A stretch of DNA of 64,000 nucleotides, taken from the NCBI RefSeq assembly GCF_964355755.1, contig NC_092670.1, forward strand, positions 32,228,388-32,292,387. The letters are read 5' to 3'. A program made the position numbers and the translations under genes. Below, piece after piece: positions 60,752 to 64,000 of this stretch (positions within the stretch are counted from its first letter, which is position 1; every line of letters begins with the position of its first letter). The DNA comes from Antedon mediterranea (Eukaryota > Animalia > Echinodermata). The notes below the pieces were generated by a model. The model saw only the letters and a list, made by a program, of their open reading frames with translations, was not told the origin of the DNA and did no database searches.

Positions 60752-61771
60752 GGGCCTGTTCAGACCTACGGAGTTATGCTTTCGTATTGTACGCGGCGTA
60801 CAAGTCCATAGGTCTGAACCAGGAAAAGATTAGTGGAAGCCACCTCGTACGACACTGATATTTCGTACGCTACGAAAGCTCAAGGTATGAGTTTAGTGGA
60901 CGTCGCTTACAATACGAAAGTCACGCATCGATGAATATGACCTAGGTTAGATATCTAGCCAATCAAATTACAATATTCGCCACATCACATCGTGACATGT
61001 GCTCCTCATCGTACAGCCAAGCTGATCCATTTGTTGTTGTGATCGGTGAACGTGCGAAAAAATCATACCTTTTGTTTGTTGTTACACTAGGTATACAGTA
61101 TTATTATTATTAATATTATTATATTAATTAATTTAAAATGTCATCGAAGCGTGCGCATTGGCGAGAAACCGAAGTAAAATACCTTATTTCATTGGTGGGA
61201 AGCCCTGAGTTTAGAGATCGGTTGGAAGTGAAAAACTGGCGTAAAAGCACCGGCAACAAGATGTCTGTGTTCAACGAGATGGCGGACACGTTAGATAGCA
61301 GATGGGCCATCCTCATAATAAAGAAGGATTTAAATTATATCCAAACGAAATTGAAGGGGTCGTCGTATAAAGCGGCGAAAGACCGAGTAAATAAGTCTGG
61401 AGCCGGTGCAAGTACGGGATTTGAACATTTTTCTGCCATAAATGATATTTTAGGCCTAGACCAAATATAAAAACAAACCCCAAAACGATCGGCTGGTTGG
61501 TATGCCTGACAACCCATCGATAATGCCGAGACCAAGTGTTCGGTCTAGGCCTGTAACTCTTACTCCAACCACTACTACTTTTAATAACAACGAAGGTAGG
61601 CCTAGGTCTATACGTGCGTTAGAGTTTGGTTAATCGCCAGCGAGTGACATCATATCCGTTTGTAACGCAACTTCGTTGCAATGAATCTGAACACTTTGCT
61701 CTTACGACGCTCATTAAAATATGACCTTGGCTGTGATACGAAAGCATAACTCCGTAGGTCTGAACATACCC
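60752..61771 (+). mobile_element. Non-autonomous PIF/Harbinger element retaining a Myb/SANT-like ORF
   Basis: TIR GGGCCTGTTCAGACCTACGGAGTTATGCTTTCGTAT / ATACGAAAGCATAACTCCGTAGGTCTGAACATACCC, TTA TSD on both sides, no DDE transposase. Confidence 0.9.
61138..61470 (+). pseudogene. Myb/SANT-like (trihelix) DNA-binding protein of a Harbinger element, probably truncated or decayed
   Basis: W-x3-E-x3-LI-x-L helix 1, VFNEMA helix 2, YK-x2-KD-x3-KSG and F-x-HF-x3-NDILG tail; the helix-3 region looks degenerate. Confidence 0.65.
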
Positions 61772-62829
61772 TTAGCTTCGCCATGGGGAAAATATTTCAA
61801 GATTGCTCATTCAATGCGCCAAACTTTCAGTCGATTTGACGGCAATACAGTAATGTTATGAACCTATAGATAGAAAATTAAAAGTTTAATTTTAACAGCA
61901 AGGATGTAGCTGACATGAGGCAGACAAGGAGCTTGCCTCGTCTGAAATTTTCAATTTTCACCACCCACCCCAATCCCCCTGCTCATCATATTTTATATGA
62001 ATAATTATATTTAAAACATTGCCTTGTTTTTTGTTTAACCTTTTTTGCTACGGCCTTGAACTGTAAAGTAATCATTTCACATGATGACATAATTAATGTT
62101 AAAATATGGCTTTGAATATGTATTATAATTTTATACATAAAGTTTGTAGACAGACCGAACCCTTTCGGTTTGTAGTGCTAGACAAAATTGTAATTAATAA
62201 GAAATTATACAAGTTTAATTAACAGTTTCTATGAACTCTTTCCATGTAATCATCATTATATCTATTAATAGTGGATAGATAATGTTGGCTTTATTGAAAG
62301 AATCAATTATTTTATTACTAAACATATAATAATTAAATATGAAATATTTCTTAAGTTGCTTTCTATTTTTTTTTTTATATCAATATTTAAAAAAACAAAG
62401 ATTGAATGACAGTGAACCAAATGTGCTGATTTAAATGGAAAATTAATAGTTATTTAGTTATTTACATTATTTTTTATGACATTTTACGATTGATATCAAT
62501 AAAATCATGCCTAAACATTTCTTACAGCTTTCTATTTGTTGCTGAGATCCCGAATAATGCGATAATAATTAATATATTCCAAATAAATATATATATATAT
62601 TATTTAAACAGTAAGCATATCTTGTCACTAGAGAATGTAATCACTGTTGTCAAAGGTGAAAATACATTCAAAAGACAAGCCATTAATGAAGTATTATGAT
62701 TTTTCCTTGGCCTTATTTTATGTAAAAATGCCCTCAAAATAAATGTGACAGTTCCTTCAAGAAAAATTAATTATTTTATTAAGCATGAAAATTCTGGAAG
62801 TGATGTCGAATATACTGTACATCATATTG

Positions 62830-62980
62830 TAGTGGAGTTGTAGCTTTGTGGTTAACATGCTTGCTGTCCAATCTCCAAGGTCTAGGGTTCAATCCTGACC
62901 AAGTGCTAGGGTTGTAACTCATGACTCTTTCAACTCCACTTCATGAATCTCAAATGAGACTTAGTTTATAAGCATGATAA
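62830..62980 (+). mobile_element. tRNA-derived SINE (family copy)
   Basis: A box TAGCTTTGTGG, B box GGTTCAATCC (62886-62895), shared non-tRNA body. Confidence 0.75.
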
Positions 62981-63509
62981 ATTTTTAAATACTTTATAAT
63001 AATATAATATTTATTTGGAACAACATTTTCTTTACAGTGGCACACATGCGTAGATGGTGCGTCCATAATCTATCCTATAATTGGCGAGTTACTCGCTGTT
63101 GGATGCGTACTGTATATGAAATGAAAGGAATAAAATTTAAAAAAATAGTATCACTATCAATTGTTTTGTACAAAGTGTTCATACTGTACAATAAACAATC
63201 AGGAAGAGAAGTTGAATCGTTTCATGAATGAATAATGATAACTGATTAATTAATTGAGATGTTTATTTCAGCTGGGATGTTTATCCAATCTTTCACAAAC
63301 TATAAATTATGCAAATAAACATAAATTATATAATTTTAGTAATGGCTGACTGATACTGATAGTGTATTTCTACAGTCAATAATAATTATGCCTAGCTTTT
63401 TCACAACATTTTTAAAAGAGATAAGATTTAGAATAATAAACTGTGAATAAATACTACTGGTATTTAAGCTTGATGCCAGCTTATTATCCCAGGGTCATGT
63501 GTTCAACTC

Positions 63510-63795
63510 AGGCCCCGTTTCTGCTGCCAAAAATATACCGTATATATACGGTATATTTTTTGGCAGCAGAAATGGGTCTCATAAAAAATATACCGTATAT
63601 ATTTGCGGTATATATACTGCATAAATATCCCCATCGTTTGTGGATATTATACGGTATATTCCAAAATATACCGTATATTTCGTTCCCCGTTTCTGCTGCA
63701 CTCAAAATATACCGTAAATGTGACCCGACTCATGACACGAGGTCAAAAACTAACAGAGCGCGACACGTTTGTTTTGGTTTTTCTGCTGCACTGAA
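63510..63795. mobile_element. Palindromic DNA-transposon end or MITE with repeated TTTCTGCTGC and AATATACCGTA motifs
   Basis: Near-perfect palindrome 63511-63579 centred on TACCGTATATATACGGTA, with subterminal repeats to about 63795. Confidence 0.6.
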
Positions 63796-64000
63796 AGTTG
63801 AAACACACGTGTAAAAGCAAGCAACAGATCAAAATGTCACTGTGGACCGAACAAATCACTATTTTTGTAATTCAATTGTGGGGGGAAGCGAAAGTTGGGG
63901 GGAGACTGCATGGCAACAGAAGAGATACCGAGATTTTAATTACAATAAATCGAATGTTCTTACACAACAACGTGATGTAAAATCATGGTAAAATACTGTA

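Noticed and set aside
58394-62058. Degenerate hAT-like mini-elements at about 58394-58529 and 61898-62058
   Set aside because: Only short imperfect inverted ends and no 8-bp TSD; too weak to call.

Overview
AT-rich, intron-containing eukaryotic nuclear DNA from an invertebrate, probably a deuterostome such as an echinoderm (inferred from Deu-domain SINEs, an HNMT-like gene and an SpHCN2-type channel). Most ORFs in the supplied track are spurious or are exon fragments. Reading splice sites by hand gives six spliced genes: the 5' part of POLR1B (-), cytochrome c (-), methylmalonyl-CoA mutase (+, 18 coding exons), a histamine N-methyltransferase-like gene (+), an atypical HCN channel (+, GLGFG filter, one GC-AG intron) and a stand-alone homolog of the AltMIEF1/MALSU1-module LYR microprotein (-). 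An intact, apparently very young BEL/Pao LTR retrotransposon sits in an HCN intron. Many non-autonomous DNA transposons (Harbinger, Kolobok, Ginger-like, Mutator-like, Tc1/pogo-like), tRNA-derived SINEs and minisatellites fill introns and the gene-poor last 16 kb. Best leads: a ~230-bp inverted repeat pair tightly bracketing MMUT exons 12-17 (back-splicing geometry), the monocistronic AltMIEF1 gene, the divergent HCN gating and filter residues, and the sense-orientation retrotransposon between the HCN pore and CNBD exons. No rRNA, genuine tRNA, CRISPR array or prokaryotic system was seen. All alignments were done by eye from recalled family sequences; no searches were run.
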